In this document: one piece after another, positions 1 to 8,723 of the stretch | Numbering within the stretch: the first letter of the stretch is position 1 | Layout: each line of letters begins with the position of its first letter | Virus record (IMG/VR): IMGVR_UViG_3300009499_000008 | Span: 15,675-79,674 of that record | Direction: 5' to 3' (one strand) | Length of the DNA stretch: 64,000 bases | Source of the DNA: a virus | Program-made: the position numbers and the translations under genes | The notes under the pieces: generated by a model | What the model was told of the DNA's origin: nothing | Seen by the model: the letters and a program-made list of their open reading frames with translations, nothing else | Database searches by the model: none

Positions 1-33
1 CTTCAGGACGAACTCGACGAGGCTTATGATTCT

Positions 34-243
34 ATGGAGACAGTAGGCTCCTATCACGAGGCCCAAAACAGAAGGCTACACGCAGAACTCAGCCAGGCGG
101 AGTGTGAGACGCTGCGTGAGCGCAACAGGAACTCCAGTCGGCAGTTTGAGCGCGACCACGTATTGCGTGACCTGGAAACAGCCCGCCGAAGGGGAGATGA
201 ATGGGGACATCGGCGTGCCATGAACCGACTCAGAGACCTTTAG
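34..243 (+). CDS. Hypothetical coiled-coil protein (probably 5'-truncated by window)
   Basis: ORF; frame is open back to position 1. Confidence 0.6.
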   Translation: METVGSYHEAQNRRLHAELSQAECETLRERNRNSSRQFERDHVLRDLETARRRGDEWGHRRAMNRLRDL

Positions 244-258
244 CGAGTAGAAGGAGGC

Positions 259-546
259 GTGATGCCGAAGACCTGTAGAACGTGCGGGTTCGCTGCTTTG
301 GCCAGAGAGTGTAACCTGCGCCATATCTGGGTCGGTGATACGGAACTCTGTGGAGATCACAAGCCGCGCGAGAAGCCGCTGCTGGTGGACGCGCTTGCTA
401 CCACAGCCGAACTTTTGCTAGAGAAGATGGATAATATCGGAGACGGGATGCTATTCAACCTGGACATCCTGGAAGCAAGAGACACCTTGCGGAAATCCCT
501 GGCCCGTTACAAGGAGGAGGTGGGCGATGACGAAGAAACTGAGTGA
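259..546 (+). CDS. Small Cys-rich hypothetical protein
   Basis: AGGAGG SD; CxxC...C...C. Confidence 0.7.
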   Translation: MMPKTCRTCGFAALARECNLRHIWVGDTELCGDHKPREKPLLVDALATTAELLLEKMDNIGDGMLFNLDILEARDTLRKSLARYKEEVGDDEETE

Positions 547-991
547 GAGACTTCCTATGCAACTATCTTGTGAGGAAGGCTGGAAGATGGATGTCGTGGA
601 TTTGGCAAATTGGCTCAAGGAACTGGCCCAACAAGTAGAGGCCCTGGAGCCAGAGGACACCGATGCGACCATCCGCAAGTTGCGCGTAGAGAGGCTTGAT
701 TTGCGTGTAGAACGTGATGACATAGACCAAAAATGTTCGGAAGTGGAGCATGAGCTTACTGAGGCCAAGAAGGAGTTGGAGTCCTATACCGATTCCGTCA
801 ACGCCGACGCCGAGATCGGGCGACTGGTGCGGGGGATGCGACCAGGAGCAAGCTTATACCGCGATCCCAATCGCCTGTCTGTTCTTTGTTGGTGGGGCCT
901 CCATTCCCACCCCTATATCTGCCAAAAGACGGACGACCCCACTGAGGCCCTGCAAGCACTACAGGAGGTGGGTGATGGCGAACTGCCATAA
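527..991 (+). CDS. Hypothetical coiled-coil protein
   Basis: GGAGG SD; N-terminus resembles ORF 5951. Confidence 0.7.
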   Translation: MTKKLSERLPMQLSCEEGWKMDVVDLANWLKELAQQVEALEPEDTDATIRKLRVERLDLRVERDDIDQKCSEVEHELTEAKKELESYTDSVNADAEIGRLVRGMRPGASLYRDPNRLSVLCWWGLHSHPYICQKTDDPTEALQALQEVGDGELP

Positions 992-1244
992 CTGTGCTTG
1001 GCACGAGCATTTGAGGGATCACTGCGAACTAGAATCGGGCTATCCAAACAGGTGCGATGCATTCAGACGAAAGGGGCCGCCACTCTGGCAATGCATTCTC
1101 TGCGTCGCTGCAATCTTGGGCATCTACGTGCTTCTGCTCTGGATGGAGAACGCGCCCGCCGAGGACTTGCGCTTCGTCTTGCTCGCAGTGCCATGTGCGT
1201 TGGTGGCCGGATTGTGGGTACGTCGAGTGAGGAGGGAGAGATGA
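975..1244 (+). CDS. Small membrane protein with N-terminal Cys motif
   Basis: AGGAGG SD before ATG 975; CxxC plus two hydrophobic helices. Confidence 0.65.
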   Translation: MANCHNCAWHEHLRDHCELESGYPNRCDAFRRKGPPLWQCILCVAAILGIYVLLLWMENAPAEDLRFVLLAVPCALVAGLWVRRVRRER

Positions 1245-1360
1245 AGTGTCAGGATTGGGTGATACTCGCTTCCGTGGTAGCGTTTGTGCTAGGCATACTC
1301 GCTAGCTTTGGGTTTCGGCAGATTGCCGCAAGACTAATCAGGTGGTGGTTTTTCGAATAG
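1241..1360 (+). CDS. Small membrane peptide
   Basis: ATGA overlap, SD, one TM helix. Confidence 0.6.
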   Translation: MKCQDWVILASVVAFVLGILASFGFRQIAARLIRWWFFE

Positions 1361-1369
1361 GAGGATGAG

Positions 1370-1684
1370 ATGAGCGAGGAACAAGCGTGGAGACGGCAAC
1401 TCAAAGGCGTTCGGGCATTTGTGGAGACATTGAAAGAGCCAGAAGCTGAGGAAAGAGAGACCATTGCGGGTAAGTTCGCCGAGGCCCTGGGTTGCCTGGA
1501 GGATGCGGCCTGCTATCTTCGGGACATCGACAAACAGTATGACGTAATCTATCCCGATGATGAGTGTGAGTATCCTGAGTTGAAGTTCTGGTTCGCTCTT
1601 GATGGCGTCATCAAGCCCTTGGAGGCCCTCCAGAAGGGGCTAATGGCCGTCGAGCCGCTTGTGCCCAAGGAGGAAACAGTATGA
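1370..1684 (+). CDS. Hypothetical protein
   Basis: AGGAGG SD, ORF. Confidence 0.7.
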   Translation: MSEEQAWRRQLKGVRAFVETLKEPEAEERETIAGKFAEALGCLEDAACYLRDIDKQYDVIYPDDECEYPELKFWFALDGVIKPLEALQKGLMAVEPLVPKEETV

Positions 1685-2088
1685 AACGCCCTATCTGTGT
1701 CAAATGCCAAACAGAGTTCCGAAATATCAAGAGTGGAATTGCGGTGATCGATATGTTTTCAGACCCCCCAGAGCCATATCAAGTATGGTTGGCTGACTTA
1801 TTCGAGTGTCCGACTTGCAAGACACAGATTGTAAGCGGATTTGGGGATAGACTATTGGTACGCCATCACGATGTTGACTTCAAACAACATCTCCGGTTTC
1901 TACGAGAAAGATTTGAGGTACGCAATTATGAACACCCAGAGGATGCCAACCCTGTGCCAACGACAAAGAACGAAGCCCTCCAACGGTTGGTAGAAGCCAT
2001 AGGTCGTCACGAACCAATGGCAAACGATCCTGCCATCATCGACGCCATCAATGCCATTGAGGACATCCTATGTAAAAGGAGCGAATAA
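1681..2088 (+). CDS. Zn-ribbon hypothetical protein
   Basis: CxxC...CxxC; ATGA overlap. Confidence 0.7.
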   Translation: MKRPICVKCQTEFRNIKSGIAVIDMFSDPPEPYQVWLADLFECPTCKTQIVSGFGDRLLVRHHDVDFKQHLRFLRERFEVRNYEHPEDANPVPTTKNEALQRLVEAIGRHEPMANDPAIIDAINAIEDILCKRSE

Positions 2089-2089
2089 C

Positions 2090-2254
2090 ATGCCAATCTA
2101 TCGTTTTGTTGAATCAGGCGTTTTCTCTGTCTTAGTTGAGGTAGAGGCTTCTAACGAAGAAGAGGCCCTCGAACTCATCGAAGACGGTGAGGGCAAGGAA
2201 GTAGAATCGCTGGAGTATTATGGTGTTGAATTTGAACTTGTGGAAGTCATATAA
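2090..2254 (+). CDS. Small acidic hypothetical protein
   Basis: AGGAG SD; VEVEASNEEEA motif typical of small phage proteins. Confidence 0.65.
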   Translation: MPIYRFVESGVFSVLVEVEASNEEEALELIEDGEGKEVESLEYYGVEFELVEVI

Positions 2255-2263
2255 GGAGGAGAC

Positions 2264-2683
2264 GTGACTAAGAAAATGATGAATGCAGCGGCGACTCAGG
2301 CACTAGCTGACGTAAACACAAGTAAGATGCGTATTCAGGCATTTCAATTTGTTACCCACAAGATGGAACTGGGCACGCGCACGGCGCATTTGAGAAATGC
2401 GATTGATACCATCTATCTTGAGCTACAACGACAATTGAATGACGCCCATAGCCGACTGCTCCTGTGGGGGGCAATGTTAGACGGACAAACGAAACATATA
2501 GCGCGAAGGCTGGCCTACAAACGCTTCCTGCGTGAAGGTATGGCCATCATGCAATACTTGGAGCCAGATGCTGCCTCGCCGTTTCGATATTCCGTTGCCA
2601 ACTATGAGGAATTTCGGGCCGAGTTAGATACACTCAAGGCCGAGATCGCAGCCGAAGATAGCGAGGAGGGGACGGGGTGGTAA
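2264..2683 (+). CDS. Hypothetical protein
   Basis: AAGGAGG SD, GTG start. Confidence 0.7.
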   Translation: MTKKMMNAAATQALADVNTSKMRIQAFQFVTHKMELGTRTAHLRNAIDTIYLELQRQLNDAHSRLLLWGAMLDGQTKHIARRLAYKRFLREGMAIMQYLEPDAASPFRYSVANYEEFRAELDTLKAEIAAEDSEEGTGW

Positions 2684-2886
2684 CAAACAAGCCCAAGCAA
2701 GGTCTCGACGCGGCTGGCTTCCTGCTGCTGGCTGAAGGGCATTTGGTGAAAGCCAGAGAGGACTTAAGGAAGAATTGGTCGCTGAGTAAGGTTTCCGTAA
2801 TTGGCTTGATAGGAGTAGCTATTACGGCCATTAGCATTAGCCTGAAGCTGTTGATGCAAGAGAAGGAGGAGCTATGCAAGCTATAG
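2677..2886 (+). CDS. Small helical protein (paralog family with 2874 and 3160)
   Basis: HLVKARE motif. Confidence 0.6.
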   Translation: MVTNKPKQGLDAAGFLLLAEGHLVKAREDLRKNWSLSKVSVIGLIGVAITAISISLKLLMQEKEELCKL

Positions 2887-3050
2887 AGGAGCTGTGCGAG
2901 GCTTTGAGCCACTTGGCATATGCAAGAGAAAATCTGGCAAATACACCGAAGACCCGAAGAATCGCTTGGGCATGCCTGCAAAGCCGCTTCGCCGATAGTT
3001 CTATCAGGCGCGCCCTGAAGCTACTCAAGGAGGAAAACGAGAGGCCATGA
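2874..3050 (+). CDS. 58-aa helical protein MQAIEELCEALSHL (not in ORF track)
   Basis: AGGAGG SD; manual translation; paralog of 3160. Confidence 0.7.
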   Translation: MQAIEELCEALSHLAYARENLANTPKTRRIAWACLQSRFADSSIRRALKLLKEENERP

Positions 3051-3172
3051 CACTCGATTGGTTTTGTCTGCATTGTCTTCATCGCTTCACACATCAGTTT
3101 ACGCGATGTCCAAATTGCGGCTGGTTGGCAGTTATAATCTATTCACCAGAGGAGGAGCCATGCAAGCTATAA
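3047..3172 (+). CDS. 41-aa Zn-ribbon peptide (not in ORF track)
   Basis: ATGA overlap; CLHC...CPNC. Confidence 0.6.
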   Translation: MTLDWFCLHCLHRFTHQFTRCPNCGWLAVIIYSPEEEPCKL

Positions 3173-3333
3173 AGGAGCTGGAGAAGGCCCTGGAGCACTT
3201 GGTGAAAGCCCACGAGTTGCTGTCTGAACAGACACCCAAGTCTGGTGAGGAAGCGCCTGAATATAAAACAGGATGGGCCATCCATTGGACTAAACATGCG
3301 ATAAGAAAACTCAAATGGCAAGAAAAGAAGTAA
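3160..3333 (+). CDS. Small helical protein MQAIKELEKALEHL
   Basis: GGAGG SD; paralog of 2874. Confidence 0.7.
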   Translation: MQAIKELEKALEHLVKAHELLSEQTPKSGEEAPEYKTGWAIHWTKHAIRKLKWQEKK

Positions 3334-3338
3334 TTACA

Positions 3339-3443
3339 ATGAAAGGCATCCAAGTTGGTGATGTATTGATACAACGCTCATTCCAGACATTGTGGGCGGT
3401 GGTTGAGATGGAGCCTGATCTTCAAATTCGCTTGGCACTATGA
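3339..3443 (+). CDS. 34-aa hypothetical peptide
   Basis: Fills the gap; IQVGDV motif; weak SD. Confidence 0.4.
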   Translation: MKGIQVGDVLIQRSFQTLWAVVEMEPDLQIRLAL

Positions 3444-3452
3444 GGAGGAAAC

Positions 3453-3791
3453 ATGCCAATCCCAGTAGATTTCGTCGGCACAGTGTCAAAGGGTTCTATT
3501 AACAATGAAGACCTCATCAAGACTTTCATGGCTTTCCTCGACTATTATTGGCCTGTACGAGCAGAGGATTTCCGTTGGGAATTCTCTGAAGTTTTCGACT
3601 CTTTGAAGAAGCCCACTCATTGGACTGAGGACGGCTGGAAGCCACCAGAATATATCAATGAGCTTGCAGCACACCTCATCTATGGAGAGATTTGGGATGC
3701 CTTAAATGAGTTGGCCCCGAACGGGTATCAGTTCTGTGAAAACCCAAAAGACTTTACCGACTTTGGCTATTGGGAGGTAAAAGGAGGCTGA
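3453..3791 (+). CDS. Hypothetical protein
   Basis: GAGGAGG SD; ends DFGYW. Confidence 0.75.
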   Translation: MPIPVDFVGTVSKGSINNEDLIKTFMAFLDYYWPVRAEDFRWEFSEVFDSLKKPTHWTEDGWKPPEYINELAAHLIYGEIWDALNELAPNGYQFCENPKDFTDFGYWEVKGG

Positions 3792-3792
3792 A

Positions 3793-4149
3793 ATGGGATA
3801 CTACACCGATTATGAAATGGTTCCAGCTAGACATCGTTGTGAGTGTTCTTATGCAACATATCTAGCGATTGGAGAATTCACTGAAGCCACGAAAGTCGAT
3901 GGTTGGTCGTATTTAAGTGATGTTTGGCGTGGTGCAGGTGCTGGACTTACATGGTATAACCACCGTGAGGACATGGTTAAGCTCTCTGCCGCTTTTCCCG
4001 ATGTACTATTTACCTTATGGGGTCGTGGTGATGAGTCAGATGACTTGTGGAAACAATATTTCCTCGGTGGTAAATGTCAGGTGGCAGAGGCGATCATCAC
4101 TTATCCCGACTTTGATGAAGGAGAATTAAAAGATGTCAACCTTACCTGA
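3793..4149 (+). CDS. Conserved phage hypothetical protein
   Basis: MGYYT...WY...DM..LS..FPDVLFTL.GRGDE pattern. Confidence 0.75.
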   Translation: MGYYTDYEMVPARHRCECSYATYLAIGEFTEATKVDGWSYLSDVWRGAGAGLTWYNHREDMVKLSAAFPDVLFTLWGRGDESDDLWKQYFLGGKCQVAEAIITYPDFDEGELKDVNLT

Positions 4150-4519
4150 ATTAGTGATGGAAGTTACTCAAAGGTTACATGAGGAAGTTGATCGAACTCT
4201 CGATTCACACGCCTTCGACGTAGACGGCACTTTCAACGATTTCATCGAGTATGTGATTCCCCGAAGAAGTAGAACATTGATGAATCTCGCTGCGAAACAT
4301 CTATTTCTCGCAACTCGTAATGTAGATGGGAAAGTCACACCCACACCTGCAACATTGGTTTATGACAACTTATATGACTTTCTCTTGGGTGTTTTGCAGA
4401 AAGAATTTGACTCTTTAGGAAGATTGTGTCCATCTTGCTATGGCGAGGGAGTTCTTCACGCTGACGGAGTTCCGCCTATTGGCTGTCGTAAGTGCTGGGG
4501 TAGTGGAGAAATTGAGTAG
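4133..4519 (+). CDS. Hypothetical protein with DnaJ-type Zn finger
   Basis: CxxCxGxG twice at C-terminus. Confidence 0.7.
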   Translation: MSTLPELVMEVTQRLHEEVDRTLDSHAFDVDGTFNDFIEYVIPRRSRTLMNLAAKHLFLATRNVDGKVTPTPATLVYDNLYDFLLGVLQKEFDSLGRLCPSCYGEGVLHADGVPPIGCRKCWGSGEIE

Positions 4520-4568
4520 CACGTGCAAAGATATGGCTCTCTTTTGCGATCAACATTTAGGAGGAAAA

Positions 4569-4808
4569 ATGATCCTAAAATGCCCTAACTGTGACACTGA
4601 ACTCCGCTTGATGGTCATGCTCACGTTCGTAGATGTTCAAGCCAAGGGCGTGATCGATGAAGGTGGATTGGCCCACTTCGCCTTCGGGAACACAGGTGTT
4701 AGGGCGAGAGACAAAGTAGACTCCATCTATTGTCCGAATCCTGATTGTGACTGGACTTTCGGCGACCCGTGGGAATTTTTAAACTTGGAAGTAAAGAATA
4801 ATGAGTAA
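4569..4808 (+). CDS. Zn-ribbon protein
   Basis: AGGAGG SD; CPNC...CPNPDC. Confidence 0.65.
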   Translation: MILKCPNCDTELRLMVMLTFVDVQAKGVIDEGGLAHFAFGNTGVRARDKVDSIYCPNPDCDWTFGDPWEFLNLEVKNNE

Positions 4809-5094
4809 GCTTGAAGCAGCTTTGCGAGACCTTTATTATTTTCGGCGTGATCCAAGAATTCTGATGATTGAATCTTTCCAGAAAGAGCCTCATACCTATG
4901 TAAAAGTAGCCATCAACGACGGCAAGCATGACATAATAATACAGGAGATAGCAACATATCCCTTTGCCTTTCGTGGTCACGAAAAGGAAGCAATGGTAGC
5001 TGCTATGCAGAATGTTCTCAAAAAAGCAGCCGATATTATTATAGAGCAAACACTCGCGCCAGTGATTGCAGAGTTTTCTAGTGCCCCTGTGTGA
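4801..5094 (+). CDS. Hypothetical protein
   Basis: ORF overlapping neighbours. Confidence 0.65.
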   Translation: MSKLEAALRDLYYFRRDPRILMIESFQKEPHTYVKVAINDGKHDIIIQEIATYPFAFRGHEKEAMVAAMQNVLKKAADIIIEQTLAPVIAEFSSAPV

Positions 5095-5500
5095 CAGGTG
5101 CGGTCGAGAATTCGTCGATTTCTGCAAGCCTTGTGCAGCGCAAGTAGTAGTGCGCAATCTCAAGCACAAAGGCTCATTACGTGGTGTAGTCAAGAGTCCA
5201 AAGCAAAGTAGACAGGCGCGGGCTAAAGCTTTGATCGAGTTAGATGATCCTGAGTTGGCTATCAAAGTAGCTCTCACAGATAATGATATGCACTTACGCA
5301 GGGCGGCTTTGATGCTTGTCAGAGATAAAGGAATCTTGATGGAGGTCGCTTACACCGATGAAGACTGGCGAGTTAGAGAGACTGCGATTCGTTGTCTAAG
5401 AGATAAAGACTTACTCAAGGAAGTTATGCGTGATTTCGCAAAGGAGAGCACCAATTATAGGTTCGCGCAGGAGTGTTTAGCGAATTTGACAAATCGTTGA
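5081..5500 (+). CDS. HEAT-like repeat protein with N-terminal Zn finger
   Basis: CDRC...CKPC; repeats D.D..LR.AA...(V/L).D...L..VA. Confidence 0.7.
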   Translation: MPLCDRCGREFVDFCKPCAAQVVVRNLKHKGSLRGVVKSPKQSRQARAKALIELDDPELAIKVALTDNDMHLRRAALMLVRDKGILMEVAYTDEDWRVRETAIRCLRDKDLLKEVMRDFAKESTNYRFAQECLANLTNR

Positions 5501-5514
5501 TATTGTGCTAGTAT
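5486..5514 (+). promoter_or_regulatory. sigma70-type promoter TTGACA-17-TAGTAT, extended -10 TG
   Basis: Exact -35, 17-bp spacer, upstream of a non-coding gap. Confidence 0.8.
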
Positions 5515-5519
5515 ATGGT

Positions 5520-5644
5520 CAGCTTCCAAGGCTGTTGTGTCTCTTGGGCCAGGGTGCCTCGGCTGGCAACCCAGGTGTGCTAACCTGGGCGAGGCAGGAC
5601 ATTTAGGGTTCGGAGCGGTTCTTGGCTTCCTCAAGGGCCGCTCT
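5520..5644 (+). ncRNA. Candidate structured leader RNA
   Basis: Stems TGCCTCG/CGAGGCA, CCCAGGT/ACCTGGG and a 13-bp hairpin 5612-5644. Confidence 0.45.
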
Positions 5645-5664
5645 GAGCAAAGGAGAAATTAATT

Positions 5665-5967
5665 ATGGGCATTCGATACATTCTTACAGTAACGTGTCCT
5701 CAATGCGGATTTGAGGACGATGACGTTCCATTTGCTCCAACCTGCGACTTCGTGGATTGGAAATGTCCCGAATGTGGTTTCGTCGTTGACTTATATGGGT
5801 TGACTGGAATCACCTATGAGGATGCCTCCAGTGCTAAGGAAATCGCCGAAATCTGTTCTCGATTTGGTTCGGCAGACGAAATTCTAAAGGGGGGATGTCC
5901 CTTCGACTTATCTGTATACTGTGGAAAGTGCCCAGCCGGAAAGGCTAACGATGACAAAACTGAGTAA
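5665..5967 (+). CDS. Zn-ribbon hypothetical protein
   Basis: AAGGAG SD; CPQCG...CPECG. Confidence 0.7.
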   Translation: MGIRYILTVTCPQCGFEDDDVPFAPTCDFVDWKCPECGFVVDLYGLTGITYEDASSAKEIAEICSRFGSADEILKGGCPFDLSVYCGKCPAGKANDDKTE

Positions 5968-6436
5968 GCGAATGCCAGATACGAATTATGTAGCAGGAAT
6001 GGGAGAGTGGCTCAAAAAGTTGGCTGAATACGTCGAATTCATTGATCGACGTGAACAAGGATTACGTGAAGAAGCAGCTTGGAAAAAGAAAACTGAAAAA
6101 GCTGGGATTGAATACGAACCACAAACCTACGACGAAGCCATAGCATTATGTAAAGGTTGGCCGCGTGCGGCGTTTGGTTATGACATTTCTTGGGAGAAAG
6201 ATAAGTGGCCTGAGTTATGGAAGGAAATGATCGAAGCTAGATGCAAAGGAATTTTGTATTTAGATGAAGATAGCTGGGTATTCAGTTTTCCGTCTTATTT
6301 ACATAAAGATGTAATGATGTCCGCTTTTCCTTCTTTCAAATTTAGAGGTTCCACACCTGGTCGTGCTGTTTGTCGGACTTATATATGTTGCCAAGGCCAT
6401 GCTGACTGGGCTGAGAGGTTGTCTAAAGATGACTGA
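5951..6436 (+). CDS. Hypothetical protein (C-terminus ABA-sandwich-like)
   Basis: N-terminus similar to ORF 527; GSTPGRAVCR. Confidence 0.6.
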   Translation: MTKLSKRMPDTNYVAGMGEWLKKLAEYVEFIDRREQGLREEAAWKKKTEKAGIEYEPQTYDEAIALCKGWPRAAFGYDISWEKDKWPELWKEMIEARCKGILYLDEDSWVFSFPSYLHKDVMMSAFPSFKFRGSTPGRAVCRTYICCQGHADWAERLSKDD

Positions 6437-7370
6437 AGTTCCGAGTTACACCAAAGTATTGACTCTAGGGGCACAGGGCACAGAGCGCGCCTTGATAGGG
6501 CCAGTAGTCGTCCAGGAAAAGGTGGATGGTTCTCAATTTTCCTTCGGTGTTGATGCTAATGGCCATATCGCCTGCCGTAGCCATCATAAACAACTTTTGT
6601 TGGATGCACCTACTAAAATGTTTGCACCCGCTGTGGAGCACATTTTAGAAATCAAAGAATGCTTGCAAGAGCTTTGTGTTGGTTGGACCAACTGTTGGTT
6701 CTATTGTGAGTATCTACAGAAGCCTAAGCATAATACTCTCGCTTATGCAAGAGTGCCGTATAATCACCTGGCACTCTTTGATGCGAATATCGATGGAAAT
6801 TGGATTGCAAACTTGAAATGGTATGCAAATCAGTTAGAAATTGACATAGTGCCTGAACTCCATCGTGGAGAAATTACCGTCGATGAACTCAAAGCATTAT
6901 TGACAACGCCAAGTTTTTTAGGTGGCCAGACGGTAGAGGGTTTAGTAATCAAGAACTATAACGAATTAATCGCCATCGGTGGACATACCTACCCCGTGTT
7001 TTGCAAGCTCGTCAATGAAGAATTCAAGGAGCGTCATCAGAAGGATTGGAAGAAGCGTAGCTCCAAAGGGAAGTTGGAAGATTACTTAGAATCGTTCCGC
7101 GTAGAGGCTCGATGGATTAAGGCCATCCAGCGAATGCGCGAGGAAGGGACTTTAGAATACCAACCTAGAGACATCGGCACTCTAGTCAAGTTGGTGCAAG
7201 CAGACATAAGAGAAGAGGAGACAGAAAATATTAAAGAAGAGCTTTACAAGTTATATATAGGAGCTATCACTCGCACAGCCGTTCGTGGACTGGCTGAATG
7301 GTATAAAGCACAACTCTTTTCGAGGCAACTGCTGAATGGAGAGGTCGTAGATGTTAGCACCACGGGATGA
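6429..7370 (+). CDS. ATP-dependent RNA ligase, Rnl2-like nucleotidyltransferase
   Basis: EKVDG motif I, CE, FD, EGLVIK motif IV, K motif V. Confidence 0.8.
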   Translation: MTEVPSYTKVLTLGAQGTERALIGPVVVQEKVDGSQFSFGVDANGHIACRSHHKQLLLDAPTKMFAPAVEHILEIKECLQELCVGWTNCWFYCEYLQKPKHNTLAYARVPYNHLALFDANIDGNWIANLKWYANQLEIDIVPELHRGEITVDELKALLTTPSFLGGQTVEGLVIKNYNELIAIGGHTYPVFCKLVNEEFKERHQKDWKKRSSKGKLEDYLESFRVEARWIKAIQRMREEGTLEYQPRDIGTLVKLVQADIREEETENIKEELYKLYIGAITRTAVRGLAEWYKAQLFSRQLLNGEVVDVSTTG

Positions 7371-7635
7371 TGCGCCCGTAAAAACCATGACTGAGTATCA
7401 TCAACGGTATAGTAAAGGGCGGCTTATCTCTTTGGGATGGGAGGCATATTGCAGGGATTGTGGTCGAGGAATAAAGCTGCATACGATAACTCGACAGGCA
7501 GTAAGGCAACAATTACTCAGTATAGGATGGCGTCCCGAAAAGATCAAGGGCTATGATCTTGAACAATGGATTTGTCCTAGCTGCCTTCCAACATTTGGAT
7601 ATCAGGAGGCCATCGATGCCAGCACCACTGACTGA
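7351..7635 (+). CDS. Zn-finger hypothetical protein
   Basis: CRDC...GW...ICPSC. Confidence 0.7.
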   Translation: MLAPRDDAPVKTMTEYHQRYSKGRLISLGWEAYCRDCGRGIKLHTITRQAVRQQLLSIGWRPEKIKGYDLEQWICPSCLPTFGYQEAIDASTTD

Positions 7636-8026
7636 CGAATGGATTGAGGAGCAATTGAAGCTGTGTGAGGCAGCATCGCAGGGGCCTTGGCGCGATGGCT
7701 TTGATGACGGTAGTGGCCGAATCGACGATCACAGTGGAGCATATATCACCTTTGGAAAACTCAATCAGTTTGGGTTGCCTCAATATATCATTGATGGTGG
7801 GAACAGCGAATACGACTTTCCAAAAGGCGTCCTAAAACAGGAGAACGTAGACTTTATCATAGCTGCTCGTGCGGGCTACCCTAAAGTGTTAGAAAGACTT
7901 AGGATTTTGCAGAAAGTAATAGATAATATAGCCGCCTATACAGAGGCTCGGCAGTTTCAATCTTATTGTGAAATGATTTTTTCCGCATTAAGTAAATTCC
8001 GTACTGATAATTCCATATTAATATAA
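7616..8026 (+). CDS. Ead/Ea22-like protein
   Basis: L..L.EAASQGPW...DFIIAAR. Confidence 0.65.
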   Translation: MPAPLTDEWIEEQLKLCEAASQGPWRDGFDDGSGRIDDHSGAYITFGKLNQFGLPQYIIDGGNSEYDFPKGVLKQENVDFIIAARAGYPKVLERLRILQKVIDNIAAYTEARQFQSYCEMIFSALSKFRTDNSILI

Positions 8027-8042
8027 ATAGAGGAGACAAAGT

Positions 8043-8276
8043 ATGAAAAGAATACTACAACGAATGATCGGCGTAGACATCGAGAGTTGGGAGAAAACTG
8101 GGCAACTAGTTGAAGAGGGAAGAGTCAGGTCGCGGGCAGGATTCATTCGAGACGCGCATATGAAATATCTAGGGGAATTTCTTGTATATGATTCATTGAG
8201 CGTCGAGGAAAAACGTGCTATTCTAGTCAAGGAATTAGAGGAACTCTTAGAGCGGTTGAAAATGCTGGCTTTATAA
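8043..8276 (+). CDS. Ribbon-helix-helix (CopG-like) DNA-binding protein
   Basis: LVEEGRVRSRAGFIRDA pattern. Confidence 0.6.
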   Translation: MKRILQRMIGVDIESWEKTGQLVEEGRVRSRAGFIRDAHMKYLGEFLVYDSLSVEEKRAILVKELEELLERLKMLAL

Positions 8277-8291
8277 AGGGGTGAACTGAAG

Positions 8292-8723
8292 ATGTCTGAG
8301 AAAACTGACATTGAGTGGCAGAGTCTGAACGTCCGCATCGCACGGAAGATTATGGGGTGGTTCAAATGGGATGAACTGCCAGCGGAAGCCCGCAAAGCAT
8401 ACTGGGCGATAATGGAAGAGGAGCCAGGCGACTGGACTCTGGGTTACTGCCATGAGAAATGGTGGTTCCTTGATGACTCTGATTGTCCCGACTGGGAGTA
8501 TTCAATCGAAGAGTGGCAGCCCCACAACGATTTGACCCAGGCGATAAAGGCACGTGATCGTATTGCCTCATGGGGATTTGATTGGTGCATCTCTCGATGG
8601 GCAGGGGCTCCGCAGATACAGGTATTATTTATGCGTGGCGCAGAACATTACGACGGCTATGCTGATACAGATGCTAAAGCTGTCTGTTTAGCAATCGAGA
8701 ATTTCAGGGAGGCGAACTGTTAA
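8292..8723 (+). CDS. Phage ABA-sandwich domain protein
   Basis: LN..IA.KIMGW...W.P..D..QA...A.AVCLA. Confidence 0.7.
   Translation: MSEKTDIEWQSLNVRIARKIMGWFKWDELPAEARKAYWAIMEEEPGDWTLGYCHEKWWFLDDSDCPDWEYSIEEWQPHNDLTQAIKARDRIASWGFDWCISRWAGAPQIQVLFMRGAEHYDGYADTDAKAVCLAIENFREANC

Noticed and set aside
5535-5605. HDV-like/theta ribozyme (GCUAA and GGCAAC look-alikes)
   Set aside because: Could not fit a 7-bp P1, a J1/2 linker and the UCC.CG L3 consensus.
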